Origin: an uncultured Bacteroidota bacterium
GTDB lineage: Bacteria > Bacteroidota > Bacteroidia > Bacteroidales > WCHB1-69
Length of the DNA stretch: 64,000 nt
Direction of reading: 5' to 3'
Assembly (NCBI GenBank): GCA_902796805.1
Contig: CADBQG010000003.1
Span: 20,131-84,130, forward strand
Numbering within the stretch: position 1 is the stretch's first letter; each line of letters begins with the position of its first letter. A model generated the notes under the pieces. That model did no database searches, was not told where the DNA came from, and saw only the letters and a program-made list of their open reading frames with translations. Of the stretch, positions 1 to 9,355 are shown in pieces. Position numbers and translations under genes: made by a program.

Positions 1-1289
1 CAGACATAATACGCTCGCAGCAGGTTCTCATGTCGATGGGTTATTTCAACCAGGAGAAGATGGACGTACAGCCGCGCCCCAACGAGACTGACGGCACGGT
101 TGACATCAACTACGTGGTGGAGGAGACTACGTCTGACCAGTTGTCGTTGTCGGCGGGCTACGGCGCCACGGGTTTTGTAATCACCGCCGGTGTAACATTC
201 AACAACTTCTCCACCAAGAAGCTCTTCAAGAAAGACGCATGGACACCAATACCGGGCGGCGACGGGCAGAAGATTTCGCTCAACGTGTCGGTAAGTTCCA
301 AGTGGTACCAGTACTACAACTTCTCGTTCACTGAGCCTTGGTTAGGAGGAAAGAAGCCCAATGCCCTCACCTTCGGCCTCTATTACCAGAAACAGACGAA
401 CGGAAGGTTGAAGAAGGACGGCGATGCATACCAGGCCAGCCGCATAGCCGGAGCGTCGCTCTCACTCGCAAGCAAGCTCAAATGGCCTGACGACTATTTC
501 CAGATGTCGCACACGCTCTCATACGAATATTATAATGTAAAGAACTGGGGTTCGTACTTCATATTCCCGACAGGCTACGCGCACAGTGTCAGCTACATCT
601 TCACCATAGCGAGGAACTCCGTCAACGCGCCCATCTATCCGCGCGAGGGCTCTGAAATCTCGTTCACAATGCAGCTCACGCCGCCTTATTCCCTCTTCAC
701 GCGCAAGGACTATTCAAAAGTCTCGGCGCAGGAGAAATATAAGCTGCTTGAATTCCACAAGTGGAAGTTCAATGTGTCGTGGTTCACGAGGATTTACGAC
801 AATTTGGTGCTGAACGTGAGATTGAAGTCCGGGTTCATGGGGGCTTACAACAAGGATGTGGGCATCTCCCCGTTCGGCAGGTTCTACCTTGGCGGCGACG
901 GCATGTCGACGTTCACCTACGACGGGCGCGAGATTATAGGCATGAGGGGCTACGACGACGGCATCCTATCGCCGAATGTGAACGGAAGCAGTGTGGGTGC
1001 GGCGTTCTTCCACAAGTTCACCGCCGAGCTCCGCTACCCGATAACGCTTAACCCGTCGGCCACGGTCTACCTCCTCGCATTCGCGGAGGCAGGCAAGGGC
1101 TGGCTCGATGTGCGCGAGTACAACCCGTTCAACATGTACAAGTCGGCAGGTCTTGGTGTAAGAGTTTACCTCCCGATGTTCGGCTTGCTCGGATTCGACT
1201 GGGGCTACGGTTTCGATCCTGTGCCAGGACTTTCGTCGAAGAGCTGGGGAAGCCACTTCCATATATCAATCAACCAGTCTATAGATTAA
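1..1289 (+). CDS. bamA: Outer membrane protein assembly factor BamA, 3' part (begins before window)
   Basis: Frame is open from the window edge. POTRA-end/barrel motifs VDINYVVEE, FSFTEPWLGG and GMRGY, SAGLGVRVYLPMFGLLGFDWGYGF, then FHISINQ near the C-terminus. Followed by skp genes. Confidence 0.96.
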   Translation, partial: DIIRSQQVLMSMGYFNQEKMDVQPRPNETDGTVDINYVVEETTSDQLSLSAGYGATGFVITAGVTFNNFSTKKLFKKDAWTPIPGGDGQKISLNVSVSSKWYQYYNFSFTEPWLGGKKPNALTFGLYYQKQTNGRLKKDGDAYQASRIAGASLSLASKLKWPDDYFQMSHTLSYEYYNVKNWGSYFIFPTGYAHSVSYIFTIARNSVNAPIYPREGSEISFTMQLTPPYSLFTRKDYSKVSAQEKYKLLEFHKWKFNVSWFTRIYDNLVLNVRLKSGFMGAYNKDVGISPFGRFYLGGDGMSTFTYDGREIIGMRGYDDGILSPNVNGSSVGAAFFHKFTAELRYPITLNPSATVYLLAFAEAGKGWLDVREYNPFNMYKSAGLGVRVYLPMFGLLGFDWGYGFDPVPGLSSKSWGSHFHISINQSID

Positions 1290-1340
1290 ACCTGAAGCCA
1301 TGGACTGTTGTCTTACAAAACGCAATAAAAACAAAAAGAG

Positions 1341-1874
1341 ATGAAAAAACAACTTCTTTTAACAGCATTATTTACAATGGCGATGTTATTCGGCTTCGCG
1401 CAGAAATACGCGTACATCAACTCCGAGTACATACTTTCGCAGATACCGGAATATAAGGAGGCGCAGGCCGAGTTGGATCGCGTGGCGGTGCAGTGGCAGA
1501 GGGAGATTGAGTCGAAGTTCGCCACCATCGACTCGATGTACAAGCGCTACCAGGTAGAGTCCATAACGCTGCCCGAGCAGATCAAGAGAAGCCGCGAGGA
1601 GGCCATCATAGCACAGGAGAAGGCTGCAAAAGACCTGCAGAAGAAGCGTTTCGGACAGGACGGCGACCTCTTCAAAAAGCGCGAGGAGCTTGTAAAGCCT
1701 ATCCAAGACCGTGTAATCAACGCGGTTAACGACTACGCAAAGGAAAGGGGCTATGCCTTCGTGTTCGACACGGCCGGGGACCTCACAATAATATATGCCG
1801 ACCAGAAGTGGGACATAAACGATGCCGTCTTGCAGAAGATGGGCATATCATCGAACAAGAACTTAGACGATTAA
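1341..1874 (+). CDS. skp: OmpH/Skp periplasmic chaperone (copy 1)
   Basis: Signal peptide, QKYAYINSEYIL, coiled coil, KPIQD...YAFVFD. Directly downstream of bamA. Confidence 0.93.
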   Translation: MKKQLLLTALFTMAMLFGFAQKYAYINSEYILSQIPEYKEAQAELDRVAVQWQREIESKFATIDSMYKRYQVESITLPEQIKRSREEAIIAQEKAAKDLQKKRFGQDGDLFKKREELVKPIQDRVINAVNDYAKERGYAFVFDTAGDLTIIYADQKWDINDAVLQKMGISSNKNLDD

Positions 1875-1896
1875 CAACAAAACTGAAGATAGAGAC

Positions 1897-2394
1897 ATGA
1901 AAAAATCATTGATTATCCTGGCGGTACTGGCGCTTTTCTCTTCCCAGGCCGCCAACGCCCAGAAGTACGGACATGTGAACTCCGGAGAGATTCTCGAGGT
2001 CATGCCCGGCATCGACTCCTTGCAGACAAAGCTCCAGAGTTTTCAGCAGGAACTTCAGGGAATGTACGAGAACATGGTTACCGAATTCCAGGCAAAGAAA
2101 GACAAGTTCGACCGAGAGGTGGGCACCATGTCGCCGGCGGTGCGCCAGGTGCGCGAAAAGGAATTGCAGGACCTCGGCACACGCATACAGGAATTCCAGG
2201 CCAATGTGCCAGAAGATTTAGAAAACAAGCAGTTTGAGCTTGCAAAGCCGTTCCAGGACAAAATCCAGAACGCAATCAACAAGGTTGCAAAAAGCAACGG
2301 CTATTCTTACGTCTTCGACACAAAGACACTTCTGTATTATGCCGACAGCGACGACATCACCCCGCTTGTGAAAAAAGAGTTAGGCATCAAATAA
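1897..2394 (+). CDS. skp: OmpH/Skp periplasmic chaperone (copy 2)
   Basis: Signal peptide, QKYGHVNS, PFQDKIQNAI...YSYVFD, DITPLVKKELGI. Confidence 0.92.
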   Translation: MKKSLIILAVLALFSSQAANAQKYGHVNSGEILEVMPGIDSLQTKLQSFQQELQGMYENMVTEFQAKKDKFDREVGTMSPAVRQVREKELQDLGTRIQEFQANVPEDLENKQFELAKPFQDKIQNAINKVAKSNGYSYVFDTKTLLYYADSDDITPLVKKELGIK

Positions 2395-2405
2395 TATACG
2401 CAAAG

Positions 2406-2909
2406 ATGAAGAAAGTCGCTTTAACCTGCCTACTTGTGGCGGCCTTCGCAGTGTCGGGTTTTTCGCAGAAAGCCAAGTTCGCCCATGTTGACTATGGAAC
2501 CATAATGAAGGAGATGCCTGGCATCGACTCTATCCAGAAAGTTCTTCTCGACTACCAGCAGGAACTCGAGGCGGTGGGACAGCAGATGGCCGAGGAGTTC
2601 AAGACCAAGCAGGAGGAGTACTCCAAGCTCGCCACCACATCCACATCGCAGGCCATCCTGAAGGTGAGGGAGGATGAGATAAGGAAGCTGTACCAGCGTT
2701 TGCAGGACTTTGTCTCCACAAGTGAGATGGACATCCAGAGGAAGCAATTGGAGCTTATCCGCCCCTTCCAGGACAAGATCAAGGACGCCATTAAAACCGT
2801 TGCCGAGAACGGGAAATACGCATACGTGTTCGACATATCGATGTGCTCGTACCACGGCGACAACGACGACCTCACCGCTGCGGTGAAGAAGGAGTTGGGC
2901 ATCAATTAG
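2406..2909 (+). CDS. skp: OmpH/Skp periplasmic chaperone (copy 3)
   Basis: KFAHVD, MPGIDS, PFQDKIKDAI...YAYVFD, DLTAAVKKELGI. Visibly paralogous to copy 2. Confidence 0.9.
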   Translation: MKKVALTCLLVAAFAVSGFSQKAKFAHVDYGTIMKEMPGIDSIQKVLLDYQQELEAVGQQMAEEFKTKQEEYSKLATTSTSQAILKVREDEIRKLYQRLQDFVSTSEMDIQRKQLELIRPFQDKIKDAIKTVAENGKYAYVFDISMCSYHGDNDDLTAAVKKELGIN

Positions 2910-2997
2910 TGCCGTCTCGCCTTAACGGGACTTCCCTGCTGTGAATGAAGTTGTGATAAACAATGAAAGGGAAGTGCCTGTGGTTCGGAAAAAAGTG

Positions 2998-3005
2998 TAT
3001 CTTTG
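2998..3005 (+). promoter_or_regulatory. Bacteroidota -7 promoter element (TATCTTTG) for tRNA-Arg
   Basis: Matches TAnnTTTG, 10 nt upstream of the tRNA 5' end. Confidence 0.75.
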
Positions 3006-3015
3006 CAGCCGCGTT

Positions 3016-3087
3016 GGCCTTGTAGTTCAATGGATAGAACGGAAGTTTCCTAAACTTTAAATTCGGGTTCGATTCCCGGCGAGGCTA
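3016..3087 (+). tRNA. tRNA-Arg(CCT)
   Basis: Acceptor stem GGCCTTG/CGAGGCT, D-arm GTTC-AATGGATA-GAAC, anticodon arm GAAGT-TTCCTAA-ACTTT, T-loop GTTCGATTC. No encoded CCA. Confidence 0.95.
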
Positions 3088-3166
3088 CTTTCCGCTGCAA
3101 TTCTTTCAACAGTTGTGTTTTAACAAATTTTATGTTTTTTTTTCGCCGAGTTATCAAAAAAAAAGT

Positions 3167-3174
3167 TATCTTTG
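3167..3174 (+). promoter_or_regulatory. -7 promoter element (TATCTTTG) for downstream T9SS protein
   Basis: TAnnTTTG in an AT-rich intergenic region, about 47 nt upstream of the ATG at 3222. Confidence 0.65.
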
Positions 3175-3221
3175 CGAACTTGAAATAAATGTATTTTTTT
3201 AATAACTTAAAACAAAGCAAG

Positions 3222-4463
3222 ATGAAAAAATTTTACATGTTATTTGTAGCAGTGCTCTTCGCGGTTACAGCAAGCGCACAGGTTGCACTTCAGAATCCCG
3301 TTTCAAACGCCAGGATTCCTTATAAGCCGGCTGACAAGCAGAAGGCTGTTTTCGCTCCTCGCGCCACCACTTCCGGCGAGATTTGGATCAATTATCCTGT
3401 ATGGGACGCAATCTATTTCGGAGCCGACACTGTTGCCGACGGCATGCAAGTCTATTTGCATGGAGACACCGTAGGCCTTATCTCGTATACAGACGGATAT
3501 CACACTGCGTGGATTCACTCAATCGCGCAAGTTTATGACTTCAGATCAACTTTCTTTGACGAAATCATGGACGAGGGTGAGATGTCTTTCAACGCTACGG
3601 AGAAGCTCAACCTTGACTCGATAATGATTTATGGACTATACATTCGTGACGATGACTACACAGGCGTTGACACTCTTATTGTAGGTTTCATGGCATTGCC
3701 GGAAAACACTCCTCTGTGGACCTTCGGCCAAAACTATCCCAACACATGTCATGTTTCTTCTTATTACGACATGAACACAGGCGTGCAGACTGGAGCCACA
3801 CACTTCTTCAAGATACCTCTGACAGAAGCTGAAGAGTCTGAGCCAGGCGACCAGCCTGGATTCTATAAGTATTCAATCCACTACATTGACGCTGGTATCA
3901 AAGACATCACAAACAAGATTTGGCATGTGGCTTTCACATTCAAATCAGGCCAGAACTTTGCTGAAAACGACACAATGAAGTCGCGCTTCACCACGTATTT
4001 CGACCTCAGTGCCGACCCTGGTTATTTCATTACTCTTGACAACCCTAACAGATGTTCAAACTTGAGCCATGGTATGGTCAGCGCTACTTTCACCAACTCT
4101 GGCTACAGTGAAGACTACTATCCATGCTTCGCGCTCGGCGATGCCGCTCCAGGCGAAGCTGCGTTCTCAGACAACCTCCGCATCAAGGTTTCATGCACAG
4201 AGTGCGCTGTTGTCAACGTTCCTGAAATCGAGAAGAACAACCCGACAATCTATCCTAACCCTGCAACCGACAAGTTCACTGTTAACCTCGGCAGCAACGA
4301 GACCGCAACAGTTCAACTCTACAACATCGTTGGCCAGCAGGTTTACAGCGGCGTTGTTACAGGCTCTGAGGACATCAAGACCAACCACCTCAACAGCGGC
4401 GTTTATATGCTCAAGATAAACCAGAACGGCAAAGTTTACACATCAAAGGTTGTTGTGAAATAA
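3222..4463 (+). CDS. T9SS type A sorting-domain secreted protein, function unknown
   Basis: Signal peptide MKKFYMLFVAVLFAVTASA. CTD: IYPNPA...LYNIVGQQV...LNSGVYMLKI...TSKVVVK. Start moved to 3222 to fit the signal peptide. Confidence 0.88.
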   Translation: MKKFYMLFVAVLFAVTASAQVALQNPVSNARIPYKPADKQKAVFAPRATTSGEIWINYPVWDAIYFGADTVADGMQVYLHGDTVGLISYTDGYHTAWIHSIAQVYDFRSTFFDEIMDEGEMSFNATEKLNLDSIMIYGLYIRDDDYTGVDTLIVGFMALPENTPLWTFGQNYPNTCHVSSYYDMNTGVQTGATHFFKIPLTEAEESEPGDQPGFYKYSIHYIDAGIKDITNKIWHVAFTFKSGQNFAENDTMKSRFTTYFDLSADPGYFITLDNPNRCSNLSHGMVSATFTNSGYSEDYYPCFALGDAAPGEAAFSDNLRIKVSCTECAVVNVPEIEKNNPTIYPNPATDKFTVNLGSNETATVQLYNIVGQQVYSGVVTGSEDIKTNHLNSGVYMLKINQNGKVYTSKVVVK

Positions 4464-4483
4464 TTTTTGCCTTCAAAGACACT

Positions 4484-4515
4484 AAGGGAATAATCGCAAG
4501 GTTATTCCCTTTTTT
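4484..4515 (+). terminator. Intrinsic terminator
   Basis: AAGGGAATAATC-GCAA-GGTTATTCCCTT hairpin followed by a T run. Confidence 0.85.
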
Positions 4516-4529
4516 AATATTTAGAAGCC

Positions 4530-5345
4530 ATGTACAATTTCAGAGGAAGAATTAATTCAGGCGACCCGCTTGTGATGGGAATCCTTAATGTAACCGAGGA
4601 CTCTTTCTTCGACGGAGGGCGCTACACATCGGAGGAGGCAGTGCTGAGCCGGGCGCGGAGGATAGTGGAGGATGGCGGCGACATCATCGACGTGGGCGCG
4701 ATGTCAACGCGGCCAAATGCCGCAGAAATCCCTGAGAATGTCGAAACGGAGAAGATATGCAGCACAGTGCGCCTTCTGCGCCGACACTTCCCGGAAGCAG
4801 TGATATCCGTCGACACGTACCGGTCCTCTGTGGCACAGGCCGCCGTGGAGGAGGGCGCCGACATGGTGAACGACATCTCAGGCGGAACGTTCGACAGCAA
4901 CATGATACCCACGATAGGGAAACTGCAGGTGCCGTATTGCGCAATGCACACACCCGCGCCGCCGCAGACAATGCAGTCGATGACCGCTTACGACGACATT
5001 CTTGCCGACATCCTGAAGTTCTTCGGCGACCAAATCAGGAAACTTCGCGAACACCATGTGCATGACATAATAATCGATCCCGGCTTCGGCTTCGGAAAGA
5101 CTTTGGAGCAGAACTACTTCCTGATGAAGAACCTGGAAGTGTTCAAGGAACTGGGTTATCCTTTGTTGGTGGGAATTTCGCGCAAATCGATGATTTACAA
5201 GCTTCTCGGCACTGACCCCGACCATGCCCTCAACGGCACCACGGTGCTGAACACAATCGCCTTGATGAAAGGCGCATCAATCCTGCGTGTTCACGATGTG
5301 AAAGAGGCTGTTGAAGCCAGGACGATATTTCTCCAGCAAAAATGA
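4530..5345 (+). CDS. folP: Dihydropteroate synthase
   Basis: MGILNVTEDSFFDGG, DVGAMSTRP, SVDTY, NDISGG, DPGFGFGK, GISRKS, RVHDV. Confidence 0.97.
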   Translation: MYNFRGRINSGDPLVMGILNVTEDSFFDGGRYTSEEAVLSRARRIVEDGGDIIDVGAMSTRPNAAEIPENVETEKICSTVRLLRRHFPEAVISVDTYRSSVAQAAVEEGADMVNDISGGTFDSNMIPTIGKLQVPYCAMHTPAPPQTMQSMTAYDDILADILKFFGDQIRKLREHHVHDIIIDPGFGFGKTLEQNYFLMKNLEVFKELGYPLLVGISRKSMIYKLLGTDPDHALNGTTVLNTIALMKGASILRVHDVKEAVEARTIFLQQK

Positions 5346-5366
5346 TTATCTTTGCAACAAAAAAAA

Positions 5367-6353
5367 ATGCGCGAACTTTTAGGTTACATATTGATTCCAT
5401 TGGTCTTGATTACACTTGTAAGCGGTTGTAAATCAAAAAACAACAATATTACAGAAACCAAGATCGATCAGGATTACAATTATCCTTTCGAAATAATCCG
5501 CGACACTATAGCTGCGGATGTCAATGACAAAAGTGCATTGTTTCCGATGAAGGAGGATGTTATAGCTTCCTTTTTGGAGAAATCGCAGGAATTTGAGGGA
5601 AAGAGGTGGAGTGCTGCGTTAGATTTTCCGCAGGAGTGGGGTGTGAAGTGCGTGGAGCGCCTCCAAGAGGGGAGAGAATTGTGGGAAATACATTCAATAA
5701 GCCGGGAAATGGTGTATCTTGTAACCACATCGGGATACGGCACGCAGCGCATACTTGACGTGCTTCCTGTGGCGATGAGCGTCACAAACCAGGAAGGCGA
5801 CGAACTTGAAACAGAGAGTTGGACAACCACGCGCCTTCCCGACGGCCAGTTCATCACCGTTAAGGAATACGAATGGATATACTCCATGTCGAAGGCCACA
5901 AGGCAGGATTTCATCAACAATCCCGAAAAATACCATAGGAAATCGAGGCACACTGAGCAGTTTTTCATAAACGGGCAGGGCAGGTTCGAGAAGTCGGAGA
6001 TTGTGGACACCTTGCCTGACTACAAGGCTGTGGTATTCTATTTCAACCCCGAGGACAAGCCTTTACAATGGGATGAGACGATACCTCGTCTGCAGTCGTT
6101 CTGCGAGGAGAACGGAATCCTTTTCGAGGAGGTTTCGCAGAACTACGACAGGGTTACTGTCAGAGATTTTGAGTTGACCTTTGCATTGGAGACCGACATC
6201 ACGCCGTATGTTGCCGAAAGCGGCAGCGGAATGGTGATGCTTGCGAACGACAGCGAGCCCAAGGACGTGCATTTCGGCTCTTTCGAGTACATGCGGATGG
6301 AGATCCGCAGATTTTTCAAGATTCGCGGTGACTTTGAAGAGGCAGAAAGTTGA
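5367..6353 (+). CDS. Hypothetical lipoprotein
   Basis: Hydrophobic N-terminus with lipobox LVSGC. Preceded by TATCTTTG at 5347-5354. No recognised domain. Confidence 0.7.
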   Translation: MRELLGYILIPLVLITLVSGCKSKNNNITETKIDQDYNYPFEIIRDTIAADVNDKSALFPMKEDVIASFLEKSQEFEGKRWSAALDFPQEWGVKCVERLQEGRELWEIHSISREMVYLVTTSGYGTQRILDVLPVAMSVTNQEGDELETESWTTTRLPDGQFITVKEYEWIYSMSKATRQDFINNPEKYHRKSRHTEQFFINGQGRFEKSEIVDTLPDYKAVVFYFNPEDKPLQWDETIPRLQSFCEENGILFEEVSQNYDRVTVRDFELTFALETDITPYVAESGSGMVMLANDSEPKDVHFGSFEYMRMEIRRFFKIRGDFEEAES

Positions 6354-6360
6354 TAATTGC

Positions 6361-7698
6361 ATGGAGGGCAGTATGTTGCGGAGATTTTCTGAATCATTGG
6401 GCGAGCTTGCCGGAGCGGACTATGCGGGGAAAAAGTACCTCCTGGCCGTGAGCGGCGGCGCCGACTCCACCGTGATGGCAATGCTGTTTCATGCGGCCCG
6501 TCTCGACTTTGCAGTAGCCCATTGCAATTTCCACCTCAGAGGCGATGATTCCGACAGGGACATGGAATTTGTGAAGAAGTTGTCGCAAAACCTTGGTGCA
6601 AGGTTGTTTGTGAAGGAATTCGACACTTTGGGGATTCAGAAGAACGAGAAGAAGTCGGTGGAGATGGTTGCGCGCGACCTGCGCTACGCCTGGTTTGCCG
6701 AGATTATGGAAGGTTTCGACTTTTTGGTTACCGCGCACAATGCCAACGACGCGGCAGAGACCCAGATTCTGAACATCATAAGGGGATCTGGAATGGAAGG
6801 TATGCGCTCGATTCCGGAAAAGAACGGATATGTAATACGTCCGATGCTCTCATTCTCGGCCAAGGAGATCAGAGAGTGGGCGAAGGCCAATGGCGTGCCT
6901 TATGTTGAGGATTGCACCAACGCCGACGAGTCGATCAGAAGAAACCGCATCAGGCACTCAGTTGTTCCGGTTTGCGAAGAAATAAACCCGAATTTCATCG
7001 AAACCCACATCCGGAACCGAAAACTGTTTGTCAGACAATACGAGTTCTACCGCCATTTCTTGCAAAAAGAAATCAACAAGATGGCGAAATATGAAGACGG
7101 AGGCGTGAGAATCGACAAAGAAAGCCTCTTTAAGTCTTTTGATCCGCAGATACTTCTTTATGAAATACTCTCCAGATATGGTTTTTCAGGGGATACGAGC
7201 TTCAAGATTGCGGAAAAGGGAGACATTCCGACAGGAAAAACATTCTATTCCAGGACACATAAACTGCTTGTAGAGAGGAAGTGTTTGATAGTGAGCGAAA
7301 TAGAAAAAGATGTACAGGAAGAAACATTGATTTCCGGCTTTTCCGGTTTGGCCGCTCATTTTCTGATAGAAGAGCATATTAAAGAGGGGAGAGTCCTTTT
7401 CGACAAGGATCCTTTTGTCTTTTATGTTCCGGCAGAGAAGCTGCAATTCCCTTTGCGGATAAGGTTTTGGAAGCATGGCGACTACTTTTGTCCTCTCGGG
7501 GCGAAGGGCAGAAAAAAGCTCAGCGATTTCTTTATCGATGAAAAGGTGAGTCTTTTCGACAAGGGTAGAATACCCATTTTGTGTGATGATGACGCCATAA
7601 TGTGGATTATTGGATATCGTTCCGACAGGAGGTTCAAGGTTGACGGCAATACAGTGAAGTATTACAAACTTACATATCTGAAGAAAGACAATGCATAG
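6361..7698 (+). CDS. tilS: tRNA(Ile)-lysidine synthetase
   Basis: AVSGGADS PP-loop, AHCNFHLRG, ARDLRY, TAHNAND, IRPML, RNRIRH, and C-terminal RFWKHGD...KKLSDFF. Start approximate. Confidence 0.95.
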   Translation: MEGSMLRRFSESLGELAGADYAGKKYLLAVSGGADSTVMAMLFHAARLDFAVAHCNFHLRGDDSDRDMEFVKKLSQNLGARLFVKEFDTLGIQKNEKKSVEMVARDLRYAWFAEIMEGFDFLVTAHNANDAAETQILNIIRGSGMEGMRSIPEKNGYVIRPMLSFSAKEIREWAKANGVPYVEDCTNADESIRRNRIRHSVVPVCEEINPNFIETHIRNRKLFVRQYEFYRHFLQKEINKMAKYEDGGVRIDKESLFKSFDPQILLYEILSRYGFSGDTSFKIAEKGDIPTGKTFYSRTHKLLVERKCLIVSEIEKDVQEETLISGFSGLAAHFLIEEHIKEGRVLFDKDPFVFYVPAEKLQFPLRIRFWKHGDYFCPLGAKGRKKLSDFFIDEKVSLFDKGRIPILCDDDAIMWIIGYRSDRRFKVDGNTVKYYKLTYLKKDNA

Positions 7699-8815
7699 AA
7701 AATCAGCGTTTATGATGTTTTTGATATTATTTTTAGTGATGGCGGCCGGAATTCTTTATTTAGGATTTCGCACAGCCTTTGTGTTTCAGGCCAAACCGTA
7801 TATTTTCATACTGCTTTACACGGTGATTCTATTCTTTGCTTTCGGGATGATGATGGCCGGAATGAAAATGAAGAGCCTCGGCCCGGTGATGCATGTGCTG
7901 TATGTTTTGGGAAACGTTTTTGTGGGTGTTCTGCTCTACCAACTTCTGTCATTCATTGTTGTGGACATAATCAGCCTTTTTGCCCATTTCAGTCCTAAAA
8001 TGTTCGGGTTGATTGCGTTTTTGGCCACGCTGAGCGTATCAATGTGCGCGATTATTATTGCGGCAACTCCGAGAACGAAAACAACAGACATCAAGGTCGG
8101 AAACCTGCAAAGTCCTGTCAGGGTGGTGCACCTCACCGACCTGCACCTTGGGCATTATCGTGGCAAACGCAACCTCGAGAAGATTGTGCGTATCACAAAC
8201 GAGCAGTCGCCCGACTTGGTGGTCATAACCGGCGATTTGTTTGAAAGCGAGTATAATTTGAACGAGAGCACGCTTTCTCCTTTGAAAGATATAAAGGCAC
8301 CCGTTTATTTTGTTGACGGGAACCACGACATTTACACAAACGACTCAAAGGTGAAGCGTCTCGTTGCGGATGCCGGTGCGCGCGTGCTTGAGAACGAGAT
8401 GGTTGAAGAGTGCGGCATTCAGATAATCGGTTTGGACTACATGGACGCCGACAACAACAGCACCGAGGATGTTGTCCCGCATGAATCCAAAACGCAGACC
8501 ATCAGGAACACGATGCCAAAGTTCGTGATTGACAGCGCGAAGCCGTCGATAGTGCTGCACCATTCTCCCATAGGCGGGAGGTTCATTGCCGAGGCCGGCG
8601 CCGGCCTTTTCCTTGCCGGGCACACCCACGGCGGACAGATGTTTCCTCTCACAATCATCAACAATTACCTTTTTGAGTTCAACAGGGGGCTTTACGAGAA
8701 GTATGGGATGCAGGTGTATGTGTCGTGCGGTACCGGTACGTTTGGCCCGCCGATGCGGTTCGGCACCACAAGTGAGATAGCAGTCCTCAACCTTCTTCCC
8801 GCCGGCAACAGATAA
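7691..8815 (+). CDS. Membrane-anchored metallophosphoesterase (YkuE/YaeI-like)
   Basis: About 4 N-terminal TM segments, then DLHLG, GD, GNHD, LHH and GHTHGGQ motifs. Confidence 0.9.
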   Translation: MHRKSAFMMFLILFLVMAAGILYLGFRTAFVFQAKPYIFILLYTVILFFAFGMMMAGMKMKSLGPVMHVLYVLGNVFVGVLLYQLLSFIVVDIISLFAHFSPKMFGLIAFLATLSVSMCAIIIAATPRTKTTDIKVGNLQSPVRVVHLTDLHLGHYRGKRNLEKIVRITNEQSPDLVVITGDLFESEYNLNESTLSPLKDIKAPVYFVDGNHDIYTNDSKVKRLVADAGARVLENEMVEECGIQIIGLDYMDADNNSTEDVVPHESKTQTIRNTMPKFVIDSAKPSIVLHHSPIGGRFIAEAGAGLFLAGHTHGGQMFPLTIINNYLFEFNRGLYEKYGMQVYVSCGTGTFGPPMRFGTTSEIAVLNLLPAGNR

Positions 8816-8849
8816 AAACGCTATTTTTGCACAATCACGATTTACCTCG

Positions 8850-9326
8850 ATGATGGATATAAATAACACAGGAGACACAGAAAACAGACCACGCAGGACA
8901 GTGGTACTGTGGATATTGGCTGTACTTACCATGCTTAACACAGGGTTCTCGGCAATCACGTACACCGCATTGGCGCTCAATCCGGGAATCATGGAGCAGT
9001 CATTCGAGAGTGTCAGGAAGACGGGGATGTTTCCTGACGACAAGGTGGAACAGATGGCCGCCGTTTACGCGTCTGTAGAAAGTTGGCAGTATTTCCTTCT
9101 TGCCGTCGTGCAGGCGGTCATTTTTTCAGGCGCCTTTATAATGCTGAGCAGGCTCAACAGAATAGGACTTCATTTTTACGTAATCGGGCAGATATTACAG
9201 TTCTGTGTGCTTAACTTCGTGATTGGCGGCCAGGTTGCGATGGACATTAACGCTGTGATAACCGCAATACTCTGGGTTTTGATGTATTCAACCCAGCTTC
9301 GGTTCATGCAAAAAGAAGAAAAATAG
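8850..9326 (+). CDS. Hypothetical membrane protein (about 4 TM)
   Basis: Hydrophobic segments, fits operon spacing, TATTTTTG at 8822-8829 upstream. Confidence 0.7.
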   Translation: MMDINNTGDTENRPRRTVVLWILAVLTMLNTGFSAITYTALALNPGIMEQSFESVRKTGMFPDDKVEQMAAVYASVESWQYFLLAVVQAVIFSGAFIMLSRLNRIGLHFYVIGQILQFCVLNFVIGGQVAMDINAVITAILWVLMYSTQLRFMQKEEK

Positions 9327-9355
9327 AAAATCATTGCATTTTTCACTATAGAACA

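Noticed and set aside
2927-2978. Inverted repeat ACTTCCCT/AGGGAAGT after skp3
   Set aside because: The 8-bp core has a 30-nt loop and no U tract, too weak to call as a terminator or ncRNA.
3016-3087. tRNA genes as prophage or island attachment sites
   Set aside because: No integrase, and I saw no duplicated tRNA 3' end for either tRNA.
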